64,000 nt of DNA from Chlamydiales bacterium (GCA_030679955.1 JAUXSF010000026.1:20428-84427); one strand, 5' to 3'; positions 25,414 through 35,377 are shown, numbered from the stretch's first letter. Translations and numbers: made by a program. Notes: generated by a model from the sequence alone, not told the origin.

Positions 25414-28400
25414 CTAAATCGTCACCATTTTTTCCACAGCTTTGATTTGGTTTGCTTTTATGGCTATAGAATGGCCCTGCTGAATCTGCAATCTGCCCGT
25501 ATCCTCATAGTCAAAGCCTAGGTCTGTTGTGAAGACAGAATAGTCATCAGAAGATTTCTCTAGTGATACCGTCGGCATGGCATTGCGTAGGAAGCCGAAG
25601 TAGTCGGGATCAACTACCACGGGGACTTTTAGTCGAGCAGCAAACTCAATGGCAGCAGCTGTACTGATCTTATAAACCGCCTCTTGCGAGAGCGTTGCAT
25701 CTTCGGTCAACCAGCCTGGTTCTAGAACGAGTGCGGGCCTCAAATTATCATCCACACCCAGTTTTACGAGCGCCCGTCCTTCGATGTGCCCGTTGTCTTT
25801 GGATCTAATGGTTAGGATCTGGCGGGTTTCATTAGTCAGTGTTTCAGACAGAGCTTTATTTTTGTCACTATTTTTTGGCTTTATGTGCTGACAACTTTTT
25901 GGCACTAACACTGCCATAGAATTCCAAAAGGTCTCCGGATCAGCCGTTACAGATACATCGAGATTGGGTATGGAGCTTTTGTTATGGGAGTCAAGATCGC
26001 GCTGCAGTTGCTTTATGAGGTTGGACAAATCTGTCCATTTTGCTTGGCTAAACATACCGTAATTTAAGTGCTCCATTCCGGCCCTTTTTACTGTATCGAC
26101 TAGCTGTCCTATTAGGGAGATTTTTCCTCCGTTTGCTAATTCATGGAGCACTTTATAGATTTTTAGCTGTTTGGTAACGAGTTCTCGTGAGCATCCCGTA
26201 CTCTTCACAAAACTGTTAACCCATTCGTTTTGTTCTTTTTGCGTTTTCGCTAGCACGGGATTTTCGGGTAAGGAATTAAGGATATTTTCGGCTCGTTTGG
26301 GCCAATAATCCGGCTTTTTTTCAAAATAAGGCATTAAGGAATTGGTTTCGGTGACATATCCCTCATGCCAATTGTCTAGTAGATCAGGGGGGAAGTGAGA
26401 GGTTACCTTAGATGACACCGAATGACGAAGCTGTTCTGTTGTTCCAGATGCGGTATGGGATAGCCACTGGACAAAACGATCACGAACTTCTCCGAACTGT
26501 TGATGGTAGAAGAGCAAAAAGAGTTCGGGCTTTATTGAACGACGCCAGAAGGCCATCCAAGCCTCCTCGGATGTGCGAATTTTTAGGGCTACTCTGATGG
26601 CCTCAATGGGTTTTTCAGTAACTGCCTCACATTTAGCTTGGGGGTCGGGGATAGAGTTGATTTTTTCCAGCTCAGTTTGAATCCAAGGCCCACGCGTAGC
26701 TTCAGTATTGGTTATGAGACCAAGGTATAGCATCGCCTCAAAACCTGTGCGCAGCAATGCACTCTGTTCAGCGGAGGTTAGGGTGTCGAAGTAGGTATTT
26801 ACAACGTCTCGTATAACTTCCGGTTTCACCTTATAGCTACAAAAGGCAGATACAATCTGGAACAGGTCAAGGGCGATATTCTTGTCTTTTGGTGCGAGAG
26901 CTTCTGCTGTTTCGCTATCAAAGCCAATGCTCCTTAACAATAACGTTGAAGCTTTGAGATGAGAGATTTCATGAGCCGGTGTTTTTTTGTAGTGGTTTAA
27001 TAAAAGGTGTAAAATGTCATTGCCCAACTCGGGATTTTTGGCCGTGATGCCCAGCGCCTCTTTTGCCTGACGCGAAACCCCCTCAAGCACTTGACCATCG
27101 CGACCATGGCAGAAATAGGCTATCAGCAGTGTGTGAAGGATTGGAACCAAAGTCGCCTGAAAGTTGTTAAAACGGTCTACCAACTTTTCTCGGTTAGAGT
27201 CGTCCTCCTTGATACGCTTGAAAAGGCGAGGAAGCTCATGAACCCCAATAATGTGATGTACTAAGCTGTATGTTTCTGGGAGATCATCTTTGATGTGGAC
27301 GATGCTTGCTTCAAGAGTGTTAACCAAAAAATCTGGATCAATGGTCTCCAGTTCTAAGAGAACGTTGTGCCCAGCGTTATGTTCTCTGCTAAGTTGCGCC
27401 ATCGTGAGTAATGGAGAAAACCTCCAATCACGGATTACTGAATGCATACCCTTCAGATTTTCTAAGCCTTGGCCGAGAGATCCATCGTCGTTAAAAATTT
27501 GAAAAAGTGCGGGATGATGCAATAGGTTCGTTAAAGAAGGCTCCATGAGCTCCTTATATCGCTCTTCGCCAAGCGCAAATCGAGCCCTTTCAAGTATGCT
27601 GAAAAGCCCTTTCCACTCCATCTTATTACCCAAGCTTGGGTGTAGGGCAGCAATCAATTCGAAAAACTGAACATATTTACCCTTGTACCCCAGCTCTTGT
27701 AGGTATTGTGTCAGGTCCGAGATACCTGTCTTTTGTGCACACTCCAGAGCCGCCTGATGAATCAATTCCGGATTGAGACATTTTAAGCCTCTACATTCGA
27801 TAATTAGTATGCTGCCCACTTTTAGGTTTTGCATAACCCTCAGAGCATCTTCTGAGGTTAGATTAAAACTGTCCAGGTACCGTAGATAGTTATATCTATC
27901 CCTTCCGATCAGTTCTTCGGCTAACTCCAATCGGATGGCATAGGTTTGAATATCAAAAGAGGTGATGTTTTCTAAAATGCATAAGGTATCTTCACATTTC
28001 AAAATCGCCTGTTTTTTTAATTCGTCCAACTGGCTCAAAGGGATGTTTGTCGGATTATTATTGATTTGTGAAGCTAAGAAGGCTATCTGTAATGCTCCAT
28101 TCTCGCGTGTCAGCCAGCTTATGGCATTACAGAGATTATCAAGATAAGGGGGATCGTTAGATACACCTTGGGCTACTTGCTTTATGCGAGTCCACATAGA
28201 TCCACCTCTAGGAAAGAAAAATTCCTCGATGCTATGTCTAGCGTAGCCTTCTCTACCAACAGCCCAGGTAGCCGCCAAATGGTGAAGCAGAGGTGTCGCT
28301 ACGTGTTCTGGGAGAAGCTCAGAGATACAAAATTTGAGAACTGAAGGATCTTCATAATCTAAATCTGCAGGCTTTGTGCTTTCAATCGCCAGTTGAACCA

Positions 28401-29025
28401 CCTCGGACAAATCCTCAATTTGTTCACGTAATTCAAAGATTGTGGGAAGGACGCTAACGCCGCCTTGGCGAATGCAGACCTTCAGAAGGTCCAATTTCAC
28501 CTCTGCAGGAAGGTCTGTAGCGATAAGAGCCTGTGCAACTCCCTTTCCAGAGAGGGCGGCCAAGCGTCGAATTGAGGTATCGTCAGGATTTTCCCTTGCT
28601 AGATGCCGGGCAATATCGGCGAGAATCTGAGGTGGCGTCCACCCCTCGTAGTCTCCCAAGAGGTCGCGGTCTTCCTTAAAAGCTTTCTCAACGAAGATTG
28701 ATAGGGCATGCCAGGTATCGGAAAGGCCTCCATTTCTGTAAGCACTTTGATTGATCATGTAACGCAGAACCCGTCCCTCTTTTTCAGAGTGGATGGTTTG
28801 GAGAAAAGGAGCTACTACTTTAGCGTCGATCTTTCCTCGGTTAAGAGGGTGCATTGGCGTTGCGTTGCAGATTTCACGATAGAGCTCGGCGATGCGTCTG
28901 GGCTCGGGCTTACTAGAGCTGCAAGGAGCTAGAAGACAATTGCTGATTTGGCGCCATGAAGAATGTGAGACAAAGGCAGGCGTGTCCCAGCGTTGCGCCG
29001 CGGACTGAAGAGAATTTAGATCCAT
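25414..29025 (-). CDS. 1203-aa orphan protein, predicted largely helical
   Basis: The ORF is long and uninterrupted, with no TM segment, no signal peptide and no motif I recognise. The upstream region is AT-rich with GTAATT-type words. Confidence 0.75.
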   Translation of the reverse strand: MDLNSLQSAAQRWDTPAFVSHSSWRQISNCLLAPCSSSKPEPRRIAELYREICNATPMHPLNRGKIDAKVVAPFLQTIHSEKEGRVLRYMINQSAYRNGGLSDTWHALSIFVEKAFKEDRDLLGDYEGWTPPQILADIARHLARENPDDTSIRRLAALSGKGVAQALIATDLPAEVKLDLLKVCIRQGGVSVLPTIFELREQIEDLSEVVQLAIESTKPADLDYEDPSVLKFCISELLPEHVATPLLHHLAATWAVGREGYARHSIEEFFFPRGGSMWTRIKQVAQGVSNDPPYLDNLCNAISWLTRENGALQIAFLASQINNNPTNIPLSQLDELKKQAILKCEDTLCILENITSFDIQTYAIRLELAEELIGRDRYNYLRYLDSFNLTSEDALRVMQNLKVGSILIIECRGLKCLNPELIHQAALECAQKTGISDLTQYLQELGYKGKYVQFFELIAALHPSLGNKMEWKGLFSILERARFALGEERYKELMEPSLTNLLHHPALFQIFNDDGSLGQGLENLKGMHSVIRDWRFSPLLTMAQLSREHNAGHNVLLELETIDPDFLVNTLEASIVHIKDDLPETYSLVHHIIGVHELPRLFKRIKEDDSNREKLVDRFNNFQATLVPILHTLLIAYFCHGRDGQVLEGVSRQAKEALGITAKNPELGNDILHLLLNHYKKTPAHEISHLKASTLLLRSIGFDSETAEALAPKDKNIALDLFQIVSAFCSYKVKPEVIRDVVNTYFDTLTSAEQSALLRTGFEAMLYLGLITNTEATRGPWIQTELEKINSIPDPQAKCEAVTEKPIEAIRVALKIRTSEEAWMAFWRRSIKPELFLLFYHQQFGEVRDRFVQWLSHTASGTTEQLRHSVSSKVTSHFPPDLLDNWHEGYVTETNSLMPYFEKKPDYWPKRAENILNSLPENPVLAKTQKEQNEWVNSFVKSTGCSRELVTKQLKIYKVLHELANGGKISLIGQLVDTVKRAGMEHLNYGMFSQAKWTDLSNLIKQLQRDLDSHNKSSIPNLDVSVTADPETFWNSMAVLVPKSCQHIKPKNSDKNKALSETLTNETRQILTIRSKDNGHIEGRALVKLGVDDNLRPALVLEPGWLTEDATLSQEAVYKISTAAAIEFAARLKVPVVVDPDYFGFLRNAMPTVSLEKSSDDYSVFTTDLGFDYEDTGRLQIQQGHSIAIKANQIKAVEKMVTI

Positions 29026-29115
29026 ACTATTTTCCTAAATACATTGTATTTGTTAAGTAATTACGGCTAAATTGTAACAAATGTAATTAAATTCGTAATT
29101 GTTGTAAATAAATAT

Positions 29116-29176
29116 AAAATTAAACGCAAAGGCGCAAAAGAACGAAGATTCGTCTTAGCGCCTTTGCCTTTAATTT
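29116..29176. repeat. palindromic intergenic element, family B, short copy B2
   Basis: AAATTAAACGCAAAGGCGC (29116-29134) pairs with GCGCCTTTGCCTTTAATTTC (29157-29176), with 1 mismatch. It abuts the stop of the PLD gene. Confidence 0.7.
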
Positions 29177-29177
29177 C

Positions 29178-30227
29178 TTACAGTAGGCTGCGCTCGGATT
29201 CGTGCAAAACGACACCCCACATTTTCTGCAGGAACGCTTGCTGGTCAGTATTGAGCGGAGAGAGGATCATGAAGCAATCATCGTTACGTGTGAAGGCGGA
29301 TCGAGTCCAGTTGGCGGAGCCAATGACTAACGTAGCGTCGTCGACGATAAGCATTTTGTAATGAAGTAGGCCAGAGCCACGACTTAGATAGGTTGGCACA
29401 CAACTTTTGCGTAGTTTTTCTACAACTTCAGCGCCACTGGCGCTGCCTTGATTGTTGTCGATAACACAGGTGACCTCTACGCCACGCTGACAGGCGTCGA
29501 TGATGGCCTGTGTGATGGCAGGATGCGTCCATGTGAACATGGCGACCTTTATGCTGGTCGTAGCGCTGGAGATGGTGCTTATGAGGGTTTTGAGTGCTCG
29601 GTCATTGTCGGGAAGGAACCAGAGGTCGCCATCTTGACCAAGCTGAGCGAAGCGGATAGGCGTGGGTATTTTTGGGGGAGGACCTGTTTTGGGCATCGCA
29701 CGTAAGTAGTCATGAAGTGTTTTGGCAAGGGGAGGATTGTCCACGCCTACAACCAGATTACCATGGCTTCGCAGCGAGTCGTAGCTCATATTTGCAGATC
29801 CTAGCCAGACCTGCTTAGCATCGACTACGAGAATCTTAAGGTGCATTAAGCCGGTCGGTGAGCGTCGAACGGTCTTGATTTCGGTCCCTAAGGCCTTTTC
29901 CGCGTGTGGTGATGCTTTGCTATCCACAATGACAGTAACATCTACTCCATCAGCTGCTCTGCTTTTCAAGGCTTTGATCGTTTTGCCATCATTCAAGCTG
30001 TAGACAGCTAACATGATAGATTCTTTTGCACTTTCAATGGCTTTCTGGTAGACAATTCTAAGATCGTCTCCACCTTGATTGCTGTAAAGCTCCGCACAAC
30101 CCTCACCTTGCGGCAAACGTACCGGACCAGTGTTTTCGCCGACAAAGCACGCTAGAGCGATCAGCAAGCCTATCACAGTCATCAGAAGGCTTTGCGGCCG
30201 TTTCTTTTTCTTAGCGTAGCGGGGCAT
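29178..30227 (-). CDS. phospholipase D superfamily protein with two HKD motifs and an N-terminal membrane anchor
   Basis: Two HxK(x4)D(x6)GSxN motifs are present: LMHLKILVVDAKQVWLGSANMS and LLHYKMLIVDDATLVIGSANWT. N-terminus: KKKKRPQSLLMTVIGLLIALACFVG. The start overlaps the recD2 stop by 1 nt (TGATG on the minus strand). Confidence 0.85.
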   Translation of the reverse strand: MPRYAKKKKRPQSLLMTVIGLLIALACFVGENTGPVRLPQGEGCAELYSNQGGDDLRIVYQKAIESAKESIMLAVYSLNDGKTIKALKSRAADGVDVTVIVDSKASPHAEKALGTEIKTVRRSPTGLMHLKILVVDAKQVWLGSANMSYDSLRSHGNLVVGVDNPPLAKTLHDYLRAMPKTGPPPKIPTPIRFAQLGQDGDLWFLPDNDRALKTLISTISSATTSIKVAMFTWTHPAITQAIIDACQRGVEVTCVIDNNQGSASGAEVVEKLRKSCVPTYLSRGSGLLHYKMLIVDDATLVIGSANWTRSAFTRNDDCFMILSPLNTDQQAFLQKMWGVVLHESERSLL

Positions 30228-32398
30228 CAGGATCTCTTAGGTTGTAATTGCAAGTGGTGTCGTAGGGAGGTGTAGCGTCGGCGCACTTCATCATTGCGCA
30301 CAGCGATGGCGATGGCTTTTTTGGTTCCAACGAGGACAACTAAACGTTTGCCGCGCGTGACACCAGTGTAAAGCAGATTGCGGTACAGGAGTTTAAAGTG
30401 AGTAGTGTGAACGGGGATGATAATGCAGGGGCACTCACTACCTTGATATTTGTGGATGGACACTGCATAGGCCAGAACTAAATCGTCGATATCGCTGAAG
30501 TCATAAACGACATCGCGTCCATCGAATTCCACGAGCATTTCCTGTTCAACTTGGTCGATTTTGACGATGCGTCCTACATCGCCATTAAACACCTCTTTAT
30601 TGTAGTCATTGCGAATTTGCATGACCTTATCGCCAGGCAGAAAACTTCTTCCCATGCGAATGAGAGGTGTGCCTTCGGTGATAAGTCTTTCCTGCAGGAC
30701 AACGTTAAGATTTTCGGTTCCAACAATACCGCGCTTCATCGGCGCTAGTACTTGAATATCGTTGAAAGGGCAGAAACCATATTTTGCGGGTAAGCGTTTG
30801 GTCACCAAATCGGTAATTGTTTGCAGAACTTGTTCCGGTTCTTCCTTTTCCACGAAGAAGAAGTCGCTATCGGCTACATTTTCGATGTTTGGGAAGATAC
30901 CATCGTTAATGGCGTGCGCGTTGGTGATGATGCGTGAACCGGCAGCCTGGCGGAAGATTTCGTGAAGACCCGTTACCGGCACGCGCTGCGAGGCAATCAT
31001 ATCCTTTAGGACATTGCCCGGACCTACGCTTGGGAGCTGATTGATATCACCAACAAAGACCACCCGTGCGTGATTTGGGATAGCTTTTAGCAGCGAGAAC
31101 ATCAGGTTGGTATCGATCATGCTAGCTTCGTCAATGACGATTAAATCACAGTCGATAGGATTGTCGCGGTTCTTCTTAAAACCCATGGCGCGAAAGTCAA
31201 ATTCGAGCAGGCTATGGATGGTGGAGGCTTTGCGTCCCGTGATTTCTGCCATACGCTTGGCAGCTCGCCCGGTTGGCGCTGCCAGGACGATATGTGGCGT
31301 CAGCCTTTCAGTAATATGCAGGATGGCTTTGGTGATGGTGCTTTTGCCAGTTCCTGGACCGCCGGTTATAATGTGTACTTTATCTATAAGGGTTTGCGCT
31401 ACAGCATCCGCTTGCTTGGTAGCTAAGCTAATGCCTAGCTCTTTCTGCACCCAAGCGATGGCTTTACTGGTATCGATATCACGCAGGCGGCAGCTCCCTT
31501 TACGTAAGCGCTGCATCTCTTTGGCTATCCCTACCTCGGCGTGGTAGAGGGGTGTGCGCCACAAAAAGGGCTGTTGGTTTTCGCCATAACCCAGAGGAGC
31601 CATGACGATGCGTAGATCTTGTGTTAGCTTGTCTAGCTGTTGCTGAACTTGTTCAGCGCGAACCTCAAGTGTTTTTTCCGCCGCGGGTAGGAAGTCCTCG
31701 ACTGGATAGCACACGTGGCCTTCGTCGGAAAGCTGCGACAACACATGCTCCACACCAGCGCAGATGCGTTCAGGGGAGTCGTGAGCCATGCCCATGCGTT
31801 GTGCTATAGTGTCGGCTGTCTTAAATCCGATGCCAAAAATATCTCTGGCGAGGTTGTAGGGGTTTTCCTTAACCTTCTCGATGCTCATGGCACCGTATTG
31901 TTTAAAGATCTTTTGCGCAAAGGATGGACTAACCTGAAAATGCTGTAGGAATAGCATAACATCGCGGATGGTCTTTTGTGCTGCCCAGCAGTCTTTGATT
32001 TTGCCAAGACGTCCGGCCCCGATACCTGGCACTTCCCGCAGCCGTTCAGGGTGAAGATCAATAATGTCCAAGGTGTCGATTCCAAAGACATCTACAATAC
32101 GTCCGGCGTAGGCCGGGCCGATGCCTTTGATAAGTCCTGAGCCTAAGTACTTTGTGATACCTACGACATCGGCCGGCATTTCGGTTTTGCACTCTTCGAC
32201 TTCGAACTGCCTTCCGTGGACGAGGTGGTTACGCCAGACGCCGCGGCAGCGGACGGTTTCTCCAGGCTGGAGAGCTGGCATGGATCCCACGATACAGACA
32301 AGATGTTGCTTTCCGTGCGGCTTTAGTTGCGCGACGGTGTAGCCGGTATCGGCGTTTTGAAAGGTAATGCGTTCTACGCAACCATGCAAATATTCCAT
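30227..32398 (-). CDS. recD2: RecD2-type SF1B DNA helicase
   Basis: Walker A ITGGPGTGKST, DEASM, and GDINQLPSVGPG are present, with an N-terminal HhH-rich region and the C-terminal motif YAVSIHKYQGSE...TGVTRGK. Confidence 0.85.
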   Translation of the reverse strand: MEYLHGCVERITFQNADTGYTVAQLKPHGKQHLVCIVGSMPALQPGETVRCRGVWRNHLVHGRQFEVEECKTEMPADVVGITKYLGSGLIKGIGPAYAGRIVDVFGIDTLDIIDLHPERLREVPGIGAGRLGKIKDCWAAQKTIRDVMLFLQHFQVSPSFAQKIFKQYGAMSIEKVKENPYNLARDIFGIGFKTADTIAQRMGMAHDSPERICAGVEHVLSQLSDEGHVCYPVEDFLPAAEKTLEVRAEQVQQQLDKLTQDLRIVMAPLGYGENQQPFLWRTPLYHAEVGIAKEMQRLRKGSCRLRDIDTSKAIAWVQKELGISLATKQADAVAQTLIDKVHIITGGPGTGKSTITKAILHITERLTPHIVLAAPTGRAAKRMAEITGRKASTIHSLLEFDFRAMGFKKNRDNPIDCDLIVIDEASMIDTNLMFSLLKAIPNHARVVFVGDINQLPSVGPGNVLKDMIASQRVPVTGLHEIFRQAAGSRIITNAHAINDGIFPNIENVADSDFFFVEKEEPEQVLQTITDLVTKRLPAKYGFCPFNDIQVLAPMKRGIVGTENLNVVLQERLITEGTPLIRMGRSFLPGDKVMQIRNDYNKEVFNGDVGRIVKIDQVEQEMLVEFDGRDVVYDFSDIDDLVLAYAVSIHKYQGSECPCIIIPVHTTHFKLLYRNLLYTGVTRGKRLVVLVGTKKAIAIAVRNDEVRRRYTSLRHHLQLQPKRS

Positions 32399-32496
32399 GT
32401 CGGAAAATATTAGCTGAATACGGCCTGAATTTCACTAAAGAAAGTTGACGGAGGTTCTGGCACGTGTTAAGAAAAAAACTACATAGGGGGTATGGA

Positions 32497-32853
32497 ATGA
32501 GGGCTTCGACGTTACTTTTAGTGGCATTGTGTGTACCGGTTTCTTTATTGGCGGGGCGTTATTCCAATTACCCGAATCATGTAGTACGTAGCTTTCATGC
32601 TGGGCCTGAGTCAGTTGGGTGCGAGGAAGGCTATATTTATGTCGATGAGCATATCGCCGATAGCGAGTGTGAGGGAACTATCGAAAAAGGCAGCTGGCGC
32701 TATATCCGTACCGATCGTTGCCGCGACGCCTGGCATGAATACGGCGCCTATTGCCCCCTTTATGACGATTCGGACATAGCAGATGAAGTCGATAGCACTA
32801 CCAAATGGCCTAGCAAAAAGGAAAGTTCTTGGATGCAAGAACTCACCCGCTAG
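32497..32853 (+). CDS. small secreted Cys-containing protein
   Basis: ATG at 32497 follows the SD AGGGGG. Signal peptide MRASTLLLVALCVPVSLLAG. The mature part has five Cys. No recognised family. Confidence 0.55.
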   Translation: MRASTLLLVALCVPVSLLAGRYSNYPNHVVRSFHAGPESVGCEEGYIYVDEHIADSECEGTIEKGSWRYIRTDRCRDAWHEYGAYCPLYDDSDIADEVDSTTKWPSKKESSWMQELTR

Positions 32854-32863
32854 ATAATTATTA

Positions 32864-32990
32864 GGGAATTCAACGCAAAGGCGCAGAGACGCTAAGAAAG
32901 ATGAGAAATGTAAAAGCTTGAATGACAATCTGATGCGTCTATTGCCTTCTTTGCGTCTCAGCGCCTCAGCGCCTTTGCGTTGAATTTCCC
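32864..32990. repeat. palindromic intergenic element, family B, long copy B3
   Basis: GGGAATTCAACGCAAAGGCGC (32864-32884) pairs with GCGCCTTTGCGTTGAATTTCCC (32969-32990), with one indel. The internal sequence includes GCGTCTCAGCGCCTCAGCGCC. Confidence 0.8.
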
Positions 32991-33027
32991 TCTTGCACCT
33001 AGCCAGGTATATGTTAGACTTATTGGC

Positions 33028-34782
33028 ATGCCACTTTTTACTGCTGAAAGCCTGGAAACACTACGTAAGCGCATCGACTTGGTCGATGTGCTATCCTCAC
33101 ATATTGATGTAAAGCGCACCGGAGCTGCCTATAAGGCTCTCTGCCCTTTTCATGATGAAAAGACGCCATCTTTTACTATCCAAAAAGGTGATTCACATTA
33201 CCACTGTTTTGGCTGTGGCGCTCATGGTGATGCCATTCAATTTTTGGTAGAATACTCCCGCATGAACTTCCAAGATGCTGTGGAGACCCTGGCGCATCGC
33301 TTCAATGTTGTTTTGGATGTGGTAGAGGAAAATCAGGAGCAGAAAGGTCCGAATAAAGGGCTGTTAAAAGACGCGTTGATGCATGCCAGCCAGCTCTATC
33401 ACTATTTGCTATTGCATACGGATGAAGGTCATAGGGCTGTAAAGTATTTATATCAACGAGGCATCACGCTAGAGTTTATCGAAACCTTTGGGTTGGGCTG
33501 GGCTCCTGATCAGCCAGGAATCTTCCATAAAGCCATGCGTGCCAAAGGTTTTAGCGAGGAAATCCTGGTAGCATCCGGCTTAATTAAGGAATCGGGGCGC
33601 GAGTTCTTTCAAGATCGCATCACCTTTCCCATCTGTGACGCTACCGGTTCTGTAATAGGGTTTTCGGCGCGTAAGATTCGTGAAGAGACCTTTGGTGGCA
33701 AATACGTTAATACAAGTGAGACACCTCTTTTTAAGAAGTCGCGCATACTATACGGACTGAGTGAATGTCGACGTCGTATAGCCAAAGAATGCCAAGCAAT
33801 TATTGTAGAAGGGCAATTAGATGCTCTATCACTCATCTTTCACGGGTTAAATTTAGCTGTAGCTGCATTGGGAACAGCTTTTGGCGAAGGACACGTGGCA
33901 GAACTGCTCAGTCTGGGGGTTAAGCGTATTCATCTCGCCCTCGATGCCGACAAAGCAGGGGTCGAAGCAGCCAAAAAGGTCGGAGACCTATTTCAAAAGC
34001 GTGGTGTGGAAGTTCGTGTGATCCGCTTGCCCGAGGGCAGTGATCCCGACAGCTTTGTGCGTATTCATGGGATTGAAGAGTTCTCTAAATTGATGGATAC
34101 AGCCCAGGATTACCTTGCATTCCTAGTAAGTCAGGGTGATATGTCCAATCCAGCCACTAAAACGCAGCTTCTACAACAGCTGACAGAGCAAATTCGCCAA
34201 TGGGATAGCCCTGTGATGGTACACGAAAGCTTTCGCCGCTTGGCACATCTGATGCAGGTGCCTGAGGAAATGGTTACGTCATCTCAAGTATCCGCTGGGC
34301 ACTATCTGATTCGCAAGTCGGCAAATGCCGGCGTATTGGAAATTGACCCAGACCGCATTCTAGAGTCTGATTTGTTGGTTTGGTTGCTCGTCTCTGGGGA
34401 TAAGAGTTTTGACTTCTACATCTGCGTTCGCAAGAACCTTTCCATGGAGGATCTTCGCGACCCAACATGCAGGGGTCTTTTCCAGGCGATCGACAAAGCA
34501 GCCTGTGCGGGTGAACGTTGGGACCTGCTGACGCTCGCTGCTCAAGAAGATCCGAAGATTCAAGAGCTTTTAGATGTCATGATGCGTCGCAGGGTGGATA
34601 AAGAACACGGTGAGCAACTATTAATCGACACGATCCAGCGCATTATGGACCGTAATTGGATGCTCAAGTGCGAAGAAATAGGCATGAAGATTCGCAGTGG
34701 CCAATTTTCGGATGATGAGGCCTTACAACTGGTCAAAGACCTAGCGACACTTAAGAAAAGCCCACCAAAGGCGGAGCGGTGA
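33028..34782 (+). CDS. dnaG: DNA primase
   Basis: Zinc finger CPFHDEKTPSFTIQKGDSHYHCFGCGAHGD and TOPRIM IIVEGQLDALS...LDADKAG. ATG at 33028; the track start at 32980 lies in repeat B3. Confidence 0.9.
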   Translation: MPLFTAESLETLRKRIDLVDVLSSHIDVKRTGAAYKALCPFHDEKTPSFTIQKGDSHYHCFGCGAHGDAIQFLVEYSRMNFQDAVETLAHRFNVVLDVVEENQEQKGPNKGLLKDALMHASQLYHYLLLHTDEGHRAVKYLYQRGITLEFIETFGLGWAPDQPGIFHKAMRAKGFSEEILVASGLIKESGREFFQDRITFPICDATGSVIGFSARKIREETFGGKYVNTSETPLFKKSRILYGLSECRRRIAKECQAIIVEGQLDALSLIFHGLNLAVAALGTAFGEGHVAELLSLGVKRIHLALDADKAGVEAAKKVGDLFQKRGVEVRVIRLPEGSDPDSFVRIHGIEEFSKLMDTAQDYLAFLVSQGDMSNPATKTQLLQQLTEQIRQWDSPVMVHESFRRLAHLMQVPEEMVTSSQVSAGHYLIRKSANAGVLEIDPDRILESDLLVWLLVSGDKSFDFYICVRKNLSMEDLRDPTCRGLFQAIDKAACAGERWDLLTLAAQEDPKIQELLDVMMRRRVDKEHGEQLLIDTIQRIMDRNWMLKCEEIGMKIRSGQFSDDEALQLVKDLATLKKSPPKAER

Positions 34783-34787
34783 ACGAC

Positions 34788-35186
34788 ATGTATGATCATC
34801 TAGTTTTCTATGACGGTGAGTGTGGCTTGTGTGATCAGATTGTGCAATTTTTGCTGCATATCGATAAGGACAAAAAGTTTGCGTTCGCTCCGCTCCAAGG
34901 CGAAACAGCCAAAGAGCTTATGCCCAATCCTCCTGATGCCGACAGCATTGTGCTGATAGAGAATTTCCGCAAAGGCGGTCGCGAGACTTATATTCGCAGC
35001 AAAGCTGCTTTCCGCATTTTATGGCTCATTGGTGGCGTGTGGAGTGTTGTCGGTGTGAAGAACTTCCTGCCCGCCTGGATGTTCGACTGGGCGTACAATA
35101 TCGTTGCCGCCAATCGACATAAGTGGTTTCAGCAAACCTCCTGCGTCGTGCCCGATGCTGGTGATAAGTCGCGCTTCTTACCCTAG
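34788..35186 (+). CDS. DCC-family thiol-disulfide oxidoreductase (DUF393)
   Basis: FYDGECGLCD is the family motif. About 132 aa. The alternative GTG start at 34779 would overlap dnaG by 4 nt. Confidence 0.7.
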   Translation: MYDHLVFYDGECGLCDQIVQFLLHIDKDKKFAFAPLQGETAKELMPNPPDADSIVLIENFRKGGRETYIRSKAAFRILWLIGGVWSVVGVKNFLPAWMFDWAYNIVAANRHKWFQQTSCVVPDAGDKSRFLP

Positions 35187-35200
35187 GAGGGGGAAGGGGA

Positions 35201-35366
35201 TTTTTTACCACAGAGGCACAGAGACACAGAGGGGGAACGGAGAGAAGACATTTTGCTGAGGCAAAATGTCTTAAGTCTCAAGTGTCTAACTACATGCCGC
35301 TAGCAGCACATAGAGAAAATTAGTCTCTTTTCCTTCCCTGTGTCTCTGTGCCTCTGTGGTAAAAAC
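35201..35366. repeat. nested palindromic element, family C, copy C1
   Basis: TTTTTACCACAGAGGCACAGAGACACAG (35202-35229) is the exact reverse complement of 35338-35365 (28 bp). An internal hairpin GACATTTTGC-TGAG-GCAAAATGTC lies at 35247-35270, with a central GCTAGCAGCA core. It lies between convergent genes. Confidence 0.85.
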
Positions 35367-35377
35367 CTCCTCACACA

